A DNA stretch of 32,000 nt, taken from the NCBI RefSeq assembly GCF_001481685.1, contig NZ_CP006867.1, positions 780,001 through 812,000 of the forward strand, read 5' to 3'. Made by a program: the position numbers and the translations under genes. This stretch comes from Ignicoccus islandicus DSM 13165. GTDB lineage: Archaea; Thermoproteota; Thermoprotei_A; Sulfolobales; Ignicoccaceae. The notes under the pieces were generated by a model. That model did not search any database and was not told where the DNA came from. It was given only the letters and a program-made list of their open reading frames with translations. Below, in pieces: positions 8,205-17,231 of this stretch (the first letter of the stretch is position 1; every line of letters begins with the position of its first letter).

Positions 8205-9881
8205 TTAGAATTCAGGGGGATTGAACTTGCTTCCCCCTTCCTCTTCTTCGCCCTCTTCGCCTTCCTTCTTGCCCTTCTTGCCCTCCTTAGGCGGAGCTGC
8301 GGCGATTACGTCGTCGATCTTTAGTAGTGCGTTAGCAGCCTCGGTCGCGCTCTTGAGTACTTGCTCCCTCACCCTGACGGGCTCCATTACTCCTATCTTG
8401 GTCATGTCTTCCTCTACCTTACCCTCGAGCACGTTGACGCCAGCCCAAGTCTTGCCCTCTCTGTGGAGCCTCCTGAGCTCCATTAGGGTCTCTAGAGTAT
8501 CCATACCGGCAGTATCTGCGAGAACTACTGGTATCTCCTCGAGCGCTTCCGCGTAGGCTTCGATGGCTAGCTGCTCCTTACCGCCGACGGTGGTGGCATA
8601 CTTCCTTAGTCTTTCCGCTAGCTCTACTTCTACGGCACCGCCTCCTCCCACGATCTTGGGCTTTAGGAATATGTTCCTTATGACGTGGAGAGCATCGGTT
8701 ATGTTCCTCTCGGCCTCGTCTAGGGCCATGTCGCTAGCGCCTCTTAGTAGTATGGTCACGGCCTTCGGGTTCTTGCATCCCTCTACGAAGACCATCTTTT
8801 CCTTACCGACTCTCCTCTCCTCTACTAGCTCGGCTTCGCCGAGCGCGTCGGCGCTTAGGTCCTTCAAGCTAGTTACTATCCTGGCTCCGGTGGCCTTGGC
8901 TAGCTTCTCCATATCGCTCCTCTTTACTCTCCTTACCGCTAGGATGCCCTTCTTAGCTAGGAAGTGAGCGGCCACGTCGTCGATGCCCTTCTGCACGAAT
9001 ACGACGTTGGCTCCTACTTCAGCGATCTTGTCCACCATCTCCTTGAGTATCTTAGTTTGTTCCTCGAGGAAGGCCTCTATTTGCCTGGGGTCGGTGATGT
9101 TTATCTTGGCGGTGATGTCAGGCTTCTCTACCTCTAGTGGCGTGTCTAGCAACAATATCTTCGCATTTTCCACTCTCTTGGGCATACCGGGGTGTACTAC
9201 TTCCTTGTCTAGTACGATGCCCTTTACCAGTTGGCTGTCTAGCAAGCTTCCGCCCTTCTTCTTTTCGATCTTTATGTCATCCAAGCTCATCTTTAAGGTT
9301 CCGTCAGGCTGTTCTTCGGCGACGGTGTAAGCAGCTTCAATTATCATCTCCAATAGCTTGTTCTTAATCTCCTCGGCCTCTTGACCTAGGAACTTGCTGC
9401 TTAGGCTGGTTGCCACTAGCTTCTTGATGTAATCTTTGTCCTTCGGGTCTATCTTGACTGCAATGGAGTCGAGTTCCTCTAACGCTTTCTCCATAGCCTT
9501 CTTGTAACCTTCGATTATTATGCTGGGGTGTATGTTCTGATCTAGTAAGGGTTCGGCCTTTTCAAGTAGGGTTCCAGCGAGTACGACCACGCTGGTAGTA
9601 CCGTCTCCCACTTCGGTGTCTTGCGCCTTGGCCGTTTCAACTATTAACTTGGCGGCAGGGTGTTGGACATCCATTTCCTTGAGTATGGTAACACCGTCGT
9701 TGGTGACGGTGATGTCACCGAAGCTGTCAACTATCATTTTGTCCATTCCTCTCGGTCCCAAGCTAGTCTTCAACACTTCGGCAATGATCCTGGCAGCTAG
9801 TATGTTGCTCCTTAGAGCTTCCCTACCGTAAGTTCTGCTTGCACCCTCCTTGAGTATCAGTACGGGTACTCCGGTTGCCAT
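8205..9881 (-). CDS. ths: thermosome subunit (group II chaperonin)
   Basis: [40 protein letters not shown] and VGGGGAVE are present, with an acidic/Gly C-terminal tail. The track start is GTG 9890. ATG 9881 ([13 protein letters not shown]), preceded by GGTGG, looks more likely. Confidence 0.95.
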   Translation of the reverse strand: MATGVPVLILKEGASRTYGREALRSNILAARIIAEVLKTSLGPRGMDKMIVDSFGDITVTNDGVTILKEMDVQHPAAKLIVETAKAQDTEVGDGTTSVVVLAGTLLEKAEPLLDQNIHPSIIIEGYKKAMEKALEELDSIAVKIDPKDKDYIKKLVATSLSSKFLGQEAEEIKNKLLEMIIEAAYTVAEEQPDGTLKMSLDDIKIEKKKGGSLLDSQLVKGIVLDKEVVHPGMPKRVENAKILLLDTPLEVEKPDITAKINITDPRQIEAFLEEQTKILKEMVDKIAEVGANVVFVQKGIDDVAAHFLAKKGILAVRRVKRSDMEKLAKATGARIVTSLKDLSADALGEAELVEERRVGKEKMVFVEGCKNPKAVTILLRGASDMALDEAERNITDALHVIRNIFLKPKIVGGGGAVEVELAERLRKYATTVGGKEQLAIEAYAEALEEIPVVLADTAGMDTLETLMELRRLHREGKTWAGVNVLEGKVEEDMTKIGVMEPVRVREQVLKSATEAANALLKIDDVIAAAPPKEGKKGKKEGEEGEEEEGGSKFNPPEF

Positions 9882-9917
9882 CGCGTTCACCCACCGTGAA
9901 AGGGGTATTCACCGGTT

Positions 9918-9926
9918 CTATATAAG
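9918..9926 (-). promoter_or_regulatory. candidate TATA box for the thermosome gene
   Basis: CTTATATAG on the minus strand lies about 37-45 nt upstream of the ATG at 9881. Confidence 0.35.
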
Positions 9927-9965
9927 TTTTTCCTAAGGTTCGGTATCGTTTTCCAAAGAGTAACG

Positions 9966-9972
9966 TTTAAAT
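9966..9972 (+). promoter_or_regulatory. candidate TATA box for the CPBP protease gene (near-leaderless)
   Basis: TTTAAAT is centred about 30 nt upstream of GTG 9999, the archaeal TATA-to-TSS distance. This implies a leaderless or very short-leader mRNA. Confidence 0.35.
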
Positions 9973-9998
9973 GCAATGATTTCGGAACTGACCGATAG

Positions 9999-10823
9999 GT
10001 GAACGTTCTCTTGAATCAACTATACCGATACCTCTTCTATTTGTTCGCTTTCAGTATCGTTGAATATATTGCTTTGCTTTACTTAAGCGATCCAACATCG
10101 TTTAAGCTTCTTGCAACAGCATATATGTGGACACCGGCGATTTCGGCGATCTTAGCTATGCACGGCGTTAAATGGATAAGACCTCTGTTACTAAGAAAGA
10201 ACGTTCGCTACTTAGCTACCTCCTTGGCTATTTCAATTGCGCTACCGTTATTCCATTTAGCTCTAACCTATTTGGTTTTCTCGGCCTATTGGATTGAACC
10301 CACAACAGCATTGTTCATATTGAAAGGCAAAAGCGTTAGTTTACCACAGCTTTTGTTATTGGGAATAATTGCTGGTATGTCAGCTAACGCTATCGTGGCC
10401 CTAGGCGAAGAAATAGGATGGAGGGGATTTATGTATCGGGAGTTAAAGGATATTGGGAGAACTAAAGCGGCAATAATAATAGGAGTAACATGGGCCCTAT
10501 GGCATTGGCCCTTGATAGCGTACGGTTACAATTTCCCAGACAGTAAGTTACTTGGGCTGTTACCTTTTGCAGTAACTTTAATACCGTTAACGTACTTAAT
10601 GCTCTTGATTACTGAATTAGGAGGGATAGTGCCTAACGCCGTTTTGCATGGTGTGATAAATGCTATTTTACCACTAGAATACGTTGCGTTAACGAGCGTT
10701 CCAGACGTGCTAAGACCCCCAGCGGGTTTAGGAGGAGCAATACCTTGGTTTGTCGCAATCGTTCTAGTAAAGGCCTTCAGTAGACTTTCGAGCCGGGCTT
10801 CACCTCTTCAACGGGTGCAATGA
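9999..10823 (+). CDS. CPBP-family intramembrane glutamic endopeptidase (CAAX protease/Abi family)
   Basis: 274 aa, polytopic. Motifs EEIGWRG (EExxxR), WALWH and HGVINA are present. Confidence 0.85.
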   Translation: MNVLLNQLYRYLFYLFAFSIVEYIALLYLSDPTSFKLLATAYMWTPAISAILAMHGVKWIRPLLLRKNVRYLATSLAISIALPLFHLALTYLVFSAYWIEPTTALFILKGKSVSLPQLLLLGIIAGMSANAIVALGEEIGWRGFMYRELKDIGRTKAAIIIGVTWALWHWPLIAYGYNFPDSKLLGLLPFAVTLIPLTYLMLLITELGGIVPNAVLHGVINAILPLEYVALTSVPDVLRPPAGLGGAIPWFVAIVLVKAFSRLSSRASPLQRVQ

Positions 10824-11121
10824 ATACAGGCTTGCTACCCTCTTCTTCCTCAGCCATCAAAACCATTCCTTGAGATTCGAGATTAGCCATCTTCTTGGGC
10901 TTCAAGTTAGCAACGACCACTACAGTCCTACCGATTAATTCTTCCGGTTTATACCATTTCTTTATACCACTTAGAATTTGTCTCTTCCCAAGCGGTCCGA
11001 GGTCCACCACCAACTTTAACAGCTTCCTTGAATTGGGAACGTCCTCTGCTTCCACTATCTTACCTACCCTCAAATCAATTTTCGAGAAGGTCTCGAAGTC
11101 TACGTACTCCATTACGAACAC
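10777..11121 (-). CDS. tRNA-binding domain protein (Trbp111/CsaA/EMAP-like OB fold)
   Basis: 114 aa. FSKIDLRVGKIVEAEDVPNSRKLLKLVVDLG...VVVVANLKPKKMANLESQGMVL is the classic tRNA-binding OB domain. Confidence 0.85.
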   Translation of the reverse strand: MFVMEYVDFETFSKIDLRVGKIVEAEDVPNSRKLLKLVVDLGPLGKRQILSGIKKWYKPEELIGRTVVVVANLKPKKMANLESQGMVLMAEEEEGSKPVFIAPVEEVKPGSKVY

Positions 11122-11252
11122 CTAAAGGAATCACGCCGGACCACTCTTAAGCTATAGTCTATTTAAATAGAAAATTTTCGGCGGTAATGTTGCCCACATA
11201 GAATTTAAGGGTACAACCTCATCCCTACTACACGAGAAAAAGGTGAAATAAA

Positions 11253-13175
11253 GTGAGGCGCTTCTCCGCACTTCTGGCCGTATTGCTCTCCGCTGCCTTA
11301 CTCGTTAGCGCCAGTGGATTAGCTACTCCGGAGAAGCTACAGCAACTAGAGGCCTCTGGGAAAGTGAGCCCACAGACGCAAGCGTGTCTAGCGTGCCACA
11401 TGAAGGTAACTCCCGGCATTGTAATGGACTGGCTCAACAGCGACCACGCCACTCACACGCCACCGCAAGTGCAAGAGATATATGATGCCATACAAGCCGG
11501 CCCTCAACCAATCGCCGAGAAGTTCAAGAACTATCCCTACGTAGTCGGTTGCTATGAATGCCACGGTATGTTCAAGGAACAGGACAGAGTTGACGTGGTC
11601 AACCACTTTGGCTTCAAGATAGTCAGCATCGTAACCTTAAAGGACTGTAGCCAGTGCCACCCCAAGGAAGCCAAGGAAATAAGCTGGACTTGGCACGGAT
11701 TCGGTGCACTTAACACTAACCTAAGTCCATGGTACAAGAAGATAGTCGCTTATGCCAAGGAACATGGAGAAACCGAGGAAATGCTACCTCCAGTATTCAC
11801 CAAGCTTCACAAGGACCTAATAACTTGGGACTGGTACAAGGAGTACGCTAAGGCGCTCTTCAACTACCTAAACGGCAAGCCAGTTGACGAGAAGTGGCTT
11901 AACTACATCAAGACTTTCGGCACCGTCTATGACTATGACTTCAAGAGGATAATCAGCCCACTCTACCCAGCTAGCGGCGGTCTAGCCACCAAGGTCGGTG
12001 AGAGAGTAGGCTACGAACCAGAGATAGGAGCCATGTGTGGCGTCGGCAAGTGGAAGTTCCAAACCAAGATAAAGAACATTATGGAACACCCAATGTATAA
12101 GAACGCTTACACCTACCACGCTTGTTACGAGTGCCACGGCACCCTCGTAGTACCTTACAAGATGGAGACCACCGTAATAAAGGGCTTCCCAGTCACTAGG
12201 ATGGTATACTGGGGCTGGCCTAGCAACGGCGCTGGAAGAGTTGATCCCGACGGAAGCATAGGCACTTGTACTGCTTGCCACCCCAGGCACAGCTTCAGCG
12301 TTGCCCAGGCCAGAGAGCCTTGGACTTGCGGTCAGTGTCACATAGGTTACGACCACCCGCACATTGAGATCTACGAAGAGAGCAAGCACGGTAACATATT
12401 CGATGCTAACAAGGAGAAGTGGAACATGGAAGCCCTACCTTGGAAGCTAGGCACCGACTTTAACGCACCAACTTGTGCCACTTGCCACATGAGCACCATA
12501 GCCAGCCCAGACGGAAAGACCATACTAGTGAAGGGTACTCACGACCTAAGAGCCAGGCTAGTATGGGACCAGATGCACTTCTTCGGCTACCCGAAGGCCG
12601 ACTACCCTGACAACGTACAGCTAGCGGTGATGATGGGCGTCAAGGTGCTAACTGGCGAGAACATTGAGAAGGCCGTAAGCGGTGACTTCAAGGTAATACC
12701 CGGACCTAAGGCCGGCGAGCTAGCGTTCCCGAGAGTTGCCACCATCCAATTCAGCGGCGAGCTAGCTAAGAAGAGGGCTGCTATGGAGCAAGTATGTGAG
12801 CTATGTCACAGCACTCAGTGGACCAAGAACTTCTTCATGACTGCCGACCAGAACATCATAGACTACGACATAGTAGCTCACTACGCCTTCAACTTACTGA
12901 AGAAGGCGTGGGCTGAAGGAATACACGACCCCAGCAACAAGCTAGACGAGTTCATGGAGGTAATGTGGTACTACATCTGGCACCACCAGGGCAGGAGATG
13001 GAGGAACGGTGCCTTCATGATGGGTCCCGACTTCGCTCACTGGTTCGGTATAGTTGACACCGTAATGGAGGCCCTTAACAAGATGATCAGCTACTACGAG
13101 ATGGCTAAGAACGTCAAGCAACTACAAGCAGAAGTACAACAACTAAAGCAACAGATCCAAACTCTAGCTAAGTAA
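11253..13175 (+). CDS. secreted octahaem cytochrome c, hydroxylamine-oxidoreductase (HAO)-like family
   Basis: 640 aa. Eight CxxCH motifs: CLACH, CYECH, CSQCH, CYECH, CTACH, CGQCH, CATCH, CELCH. Signal-peptide-like N-terminus MRRFSALLAVLLSAALLVSASG. GTG start preceded by AAAGGTGA. Q/L-rich coiled-coil C-terminus. Confidence 0.9.
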   Translation: MRRFSALLAVLLSAALLVSASGLATPEKLQQLEASGKVSPQTQACLACHMKVTPGIVMDWLNSDHATHTPPQVQEIYDAIQAGPQPIAEKFKNYPYVVGCYECHGMFKEQDRVDVVNHFGFKIVSIVTLKDCSQCHPKEAKEISWTWHGFGALNTNLSPWYKKIVAYAKEHGETEEMLPPVFTKLHKDLITWDWYKEYAKALFNYLNGKPVDEKWLNYIKTFGTVYDYDFKRIISPLYPASGGLATKVGERVGYEPEIGAMCGVGKWKFQTKIKNIMEHPMYKNAYTYHACYECHGTLVVPYKMETTVIKGFPVTRMVYWGWPSNGAGRVDPDGSIGTCTACHPRHSFSVAQAREPWTCGQCHIGYDHPHIEIYEESKHGNIFDANKEKWNMEALPWKLGTDFNAPTCATCHMSTIASPDGKTILVKGTHDLRARLVWDQMHFFGYPKADYPDNVQLAVMMGVKVLTGENIEKAVSGDFKVIPGPKAGELAFPRVATIQFSGELAKKRAAMEQVCELCHSTQWTKNFFMTADQNIIDYDIVAHYAFNLLKKAWAEGIHDPSNKLDEFMEVMWYYIWHHQGRRWRNGAFMMGPDFAHWFGIVDTVMEALNKMISYYEMAKNVKQLQAEVQQLKQQIQTLAK

Positions 13176-13195
13176 CTTAACCAACGCTAATTGGG

Positions 13196-13220
13196 TCCTC
13201 AAAAAGCAAGTTCGTTTTTT
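13196..13220. terminator. candidate bidirectional oligo-T terminators between convergent genes
   Basis: There is a T6 run at 13215-13220 on the plus strand, downstream of the cytochrome gene. There is an A5 run at 13201-13205 (T5 on the minus strand), downstream of the convergent gene. Confidence 0.3.
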
Positions 13221-15156
13221 ACTTATTCTTAATCAAATACTTCCACGCCTTCTCCGCTAATTCTTGTACCTTTTCCTTGTGCGGTTTAGTCGGTCTCTTC
13301 CACGCCTTCGGATCGTTGTACAAAAGAGATCCAATGAGTTTATCCGCTACTACGTCCGCTGACGGACATAGATACATGCAGAGCCTACATCTCTCGCATT
13401 TATCGGGTTCAACTAGCACGGGCTTGGTTTCGTTCCCTTCGGGAACTACCTCTATAGCTCCAGTAGGGCACCACGTCTCACAGATCTTGCAACCGGCGCA
13501 TGCGTTAGTTGCGTGAATTACCCTTATAGCTTCGAAGACCTCTTCCTTATCTTTCGACTTAACTATCACTTCACCCTCATTGAAGATGTAGATGCCCTTT
13601 GGCCCCTTCACAATATTTCCTTTCACTTCATGACCTAGGATTCCGGCTAGTCCTAAGGCTCTCCGTTTATTGTACTTTATTTTGACCCTATACGCTCCAT
13701 CCCCTTCCTCAAGTCCTTCGAAGACGACTCTAGTTTGCCTGCGTTCGTATTCCCTTCTCCAATCAACTTCGTCTTTATCTCTCGACGCCATGACTTGCTT
13801 CGGGTGTTCGGGCGCTAACCACTTCCATCCTCCCTTGCTCCACCACTTCCCGTACCCCAACCTCTTTCTCCAATATTCTAGAACGTTCTCCCATTTCTCC
13901 CAGAGCTCGGGATGTAATTCCTTCAGTAGTTTGAATTCCCATTGCGTAGCTCCCGGGCACATGAAGCAACCTATCCTATCGAACCCCTCGAAGTAAAGCG
14001 GGTTCAAGGGAACGCCATTCCTTATAAGGTAAACGAACTCGAGTAATTGAGGCCACCTCAAGATTGGGTTTACTGATAACACTGTAGGCAAGTATTTCAT
14101 TTTCATTATGGGCTCGGCCCGAGCCCTCTCTAGGCTCTCCCACCATCTATTTCCGACCAAATTGATCGCGCTTCCAGTTTTCATCATGTACCTAGCTATG
14201 GGCCCAAATTTAGTTACTTTACAACACCATCTGAAGTCCCTGGCCGGCGGGGAAAACATTCGAACTGCTCTCCAGAACGCATCTCCGGCTGAGACGACCT
14301 CTAGTTGGTACCCGAAGAACTCGCTTTCCTCCTCTACGGTCTTGACCGTTTCCGGCATTTCTAAGCCAGTATCGTTGAACAGCAGTACCACTTCCTTACT
14401 CGATACTCCTACGGGAGGATCCCTCTGCAGGGCCTCGTCTAGAAGGGAGACTACTAGAGCCGAATCCTTTCCACCGGAAAGCGACACGACTACCTTCTCG
14501 AAGTCGTCTGCCCTTAGTAACCCCCTATGAATCACTTGAACGCTCTCTTTAACGAGCTCTCTAATGAACTTTTCGTTCGCCTTGTAAACGTCTTCTAGCG
14601 TTTGTTTCCTCGTACTTAGTGCTCCTCTCCTAGGATGTTTCCAAACCTTATCTACCCTAAGTTTACCCTTTTTTGGAATAGCGATACCAATTACCTTACC
14701 TGACCTATCTAGCAACGCAACTTGCTCGTCTCCCGTACCTACTATCTCTCCTGGCTTCGGATTGTCTATAACCTTACTCCGAATCAAGTTGTTCTGAAGC
14801 GCCCTGACGGCTCCCAAGTAGCCTAGCCTAAGGTACCATCTCTCCATAAGCGGGTCGTATAGTATCCTAGCTAGTATGTCTCCATCTACTACTATCTGGT
14901 AAGCGTGGTCAATGTAAGACGTTTTGTTTAGGAAAGCCATCCTTCCCTCAGTGAGCCTAGTCCAAGCGCCTCTCCCAAGTTCCCTACCGAAAATTTCTTT
15001 TAGGTGCTTTACGTCTCCTTCCCACGCCGGCCTCAGGTCTCGTGGAAGGAATAAGTTGAGCCTAACGGCTCCCTTGCAATCGGACCTACGGAAAACAGGC
15101 ACGTTTAAGGAAGGGCACCAGTAAACCTCGAGTTCCCTTTTCCACTTCCTCTTCAC
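13219..15156 (-). CDS. PAPS-reductase-like PP-loop ATP pyrophosphatase fused to a 2x[4Fe-4S] ferredoxin domain
   Basis: 645 aa. PP-loop VVSLSGGKDSALVV. C-terminal CAGCKICETWCP and CERCRLCMYLCP ferredoxin motifs. The N-terminus is PUA-like with a remnant Zn-ribbon (YWCPSLNVPV...C). Confidence 0.8.
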   Translation of the reverse strand: MKRKWKRELEVYWCPSLNVPVFRRSDCKGAVRLNLFLPRDLRPAWEGDVKHLKEIFGRELGRGAWTRLTEGRMAFLNKTSYIDHAYQIVVDGDILARILYDPLMERWYLRLGYLGAVRALQNNLIRSKVIDNPKPGEIVGTGDEQVALLDRSGKVIGIAIPKKGKLRVDKVWKHPRRGALSTRKQTLEDVYKANEKFIRELVKESVQVIHRGLLRADDFEKVVVSLSGGKDSALVVSLLDEALQRDPPVGVSSKEVVLLFNDTGLEMPETVKTVEEESEFFGYQLEVVSAGDAFWRAVRMFSPPARDFRWCCKVTKFGPIARYMMKTGSAINLVGNRWWESLERARAEPIMKMKYLPTVLSVNPILRWPQLLEFVYLIRNGVPLNPLYFEGFDRIGCFMCPGATQWEFKLLKELHPELWEKWENVLEYWRKRLGYGKWWSKGGWKWLAPEHPKQVMASRDKDEVDWRREYERRQTRVVFEGLEEGDGAYRVKIKYNKRRALGLAGILGHEVKGNIVKGPKGIYIFNEGEVIVKSKDKEEVFEAIRVIHATNACAGCKICETWCPTGAIEVVPEGNETKPVLVEPDKCERCRLCMYLCPSADVVADKLIGSLLYNDPKAWKRPTKPHKEKVQELAEKAWKYLIKNK

Positions 15157-15198
15157 GTAGTTGCGACCCCCAATTAGCTGAGGAACGCATCTGAAAAG

Positions 15199-17199
15199 CT
15201 AAGCCCTTCGAAGCATTAGCGTGCCGTCTTCCAACGCCTTCGCGATCCAGCCGGATGGAACTAGGACGGTCGTGTCGTAATCCATTATTATCCCCGGTCC
15301 CCTTACCTCTCCCTTCCCGAACCTCTCGTACACGGTCGCTTCCTCGAACCCTCTTCCCATGAACCACGCCTCCGTCTTCCCTATTTCTAGAGGCTCCTTG
15401 TCGAATCCCTTCAAACCTACCTTGTTGACGTAGTGTATTGCTGTAACTCCAATATTCTCAACGACTATTGGAACGTCGAGTTTGAAACCATACCTTCTTT
15501 CATGCAGCTCCTCGAACCTCCTCGCGAGCTTCTCCGGTGAGTATGGCTTGTCCGCCTTCACTTCCAAGGTCCATCCTTGAGTGGAGTACCTCACGTCCGC
15601 CACTCTCTCGAAGCGGTCCACGCTCATACCGCTCAGCTCCATTCTCCTTCTAACAGCGGCTTCCAACTCAAGGAAATACGGTTCCAGGTCTTCCGTTACT
15701 TCCTTCACAACACTTCTAGTTATAGAGTATTTAACGTCGCTATTGAGCATACCGAAGGCAGTGAAAACGCCGGCACCCATGGGTACCAGTATTTCCTTAA
15801 TCCCGAACTGCTCCGCTAGTTCGGCCGCGTGGAGGGGACCCATGCCTCCGTAAGCTATTAGAATCAACTCGCTTGGATCGATGCCCCTTTCTATCGTAAC
15901 TATCCGGACGGCACGCCCCATTTCCTCAGTAATCGCTTCTATTACCGCTTCCGCCACCTCAATTGGATCGGAACCAAGCTCCTTGGATAGCTTCTCGAAG
16001 GCCTTCAAAGCCAAGTCCTTCCTTAATTTCAACCCAGAAGGTAACCTCTCGGGCAATCTCCCGAGAACCAAGTTCGCGTCAGTTACTGTAGGTTCCTCTC
16101 CCCCAAGGCCGTAACACGCGGGCCCGGGGTTGGCTCCAGCCGAGATCGGCCCTACCCTTAATATTCCGTTTTCCGACCACGCTATCGTGCCTCCGCCAGC
16201 AGATACCTCGGCCAGGTCGATGAATGGGTATCTAACGGGATAACCTGAACCCTTAACGAGCCTACCCGCGTGAACCTCCCCACCGACCTCGTATTCCCGA
16301 GTTAAGACGGGCTCCCCATTGATGACTACTGCTGCCTTAGCGGTAGTTCCGCCCATATCGAAGGCTAGGGCCTCCTTTACGCCCAACTTCTTCGCATAGT
16401 ACGCAGCGCCAACGGCACCTCCAGCGGGTCCGCTCTCAATTAGTTGAGCCGGTCTACTCATTGCCTCTTCTATCGTCACCAGTCCTCCTGAGGAGGCTAC
16501 TACGAAGAGAGGAGCTTCAATGCCCTTACTCTTGAGCGCTTCCACTAGCCTCAAGAGGTAGCTAGACACTAGCGGCTTTAGTGCGGCATTGACTATAGTC
16601 GTTGAGAACCTCTCGTATTCCCTCCTTTCCATTGTAGACTCGTGTGAAGCAACTACATCGAAACCTAACCTCTCTAAGATCTCCTTCGCTTTAATCTCGT
16701 TTACGGGGTTCGCGTAACTGTGAAGGAAGCAAACTGCAACGATACCTCTTAAATTAGGGGCTATTCGAAGTAGTTCGCTAACGTCTAAAGGTTCGATTAC
16801 TTCTCCTTTGAAGTTCACCCTTTCCTTGACGCCGAACCTCAGTTCCGGGGGAACCAGTGGTTTCGGTTTCTTGCCAGTGAAGTCGTAGAGGTTTGGTCTC
16901 TTTTGCCTTTGGATTTCAATTATGTCTTCCATACCCTTGGTCGTAACTAGGCTTACCTCTGCTAACTTCAAGTGCTTTTGACCTAGAAATGCGTTCGTTG
17001 CAATAGTGGTAGCATGAATTACTAAATCAACTTCTTGAGGCCTTACGCCCCTTTCGAGGAATTCGTCTATTGCATTGAGGACCCCTATTTCGGGGGATTG
17101 GGGGGTTGAGAGTACCTTTACTCTCGCGGACTCCCCCTTCCTACTTACTGCATAAAGATCTGTGAACGTGCCGCCTACGTCTACTGCCACTTTCCACAA
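15199..17199 (-). CDS. hydantoinase/oxoprolinase family protein, A (HyuA-like) subunit
   Basis: 666 aa. N-terminal VAVDVGGTFTDLY and an internal AFDMGGTTAK actin-fold ATPase motif. No HyuB-like partner is adjacent. Confidence 0.85.
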   Translation of the reverse strand: MWKVAVDVGGTFTDLYAVSRKGESARVKVLSTPQSPEIGVLNAIDEFLERGVRPQEVDLVIHATTIATNAFLGQKHLKLAEVSLVTTKGMEDIIEIQRQKRPNLYDFTGKKPKPLVPPELRFGVKERVNFKGEVIEPLDVSELLRIAPNLRGIVAVCFLHSYANPVNEIKAKEILERLGFDVVASHESTMERREYERFSTTIVNAALKPLVSSYLLRLVEALKSKGIEAPLFVVASSGGLVTIEEAMSRPAQLIESGPAGGAVGAAYYAKKLGVKEALAFDMGGTTAKAAVVINGEPVLTREYEVGGEVHAGRLVKGSGYPVRYPFIDLAEVSAGGGTIAWSENGILRVGPISAGANPGPACYGLGGEEPTVTDANLVLGRLPERLPSGLKLRKDLALKAFEKLSKELGSDPIEVAEAVIEAITEEMGRAVRIVTIERGIDPSELILIAYGGMGPLHAAELAEQFGIKEILVPMGAGVFTAFGMLNSDVKYSITRSVVKEVTEDLEPYFLELEAAVRRRMELSGMSVDRFERVADVRYSTQGWTLEVKADKPYSPEKLARRFEELHERRYGFKLDVPIVVENIGVTAIHYVNKVGLKGFDKEPLEIGKTEAWFMGRGFEEATVYERFGKGEVRGPGIIMDYDTTVLVPSGWIAKALEDGTLMLRRA

Positions 17200-17231
17200 A
17201 AACCATCCTATCCCGTCTTTCCAGGCAAACC

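Noticed and set aside
8221-9831. Series of plus-strand ORFs (111-134 aa) antisense to the thermosome gene
   Set aside because: These are Ser/Leu/Ala-rich shadow frames of a highly expressed, strongly biased gene. They have no motifs and are fully contained in a confident CDS.
11228-11452. 74-aa minus-strand ORF overlapping the cytochrome c gene start
   Set aside because: It is antisense to the signal-peptide and first-haem region of a confident CDS. It has no start context or motifs.
15086-15367. 93-aa minus-strand ORF bridging the HyuA 3' end and the PP-loop gene 5' end
   Set aside because: It is an Arg/Gly-rich out-of-frame overlap with two confident genes and is judged spurious.
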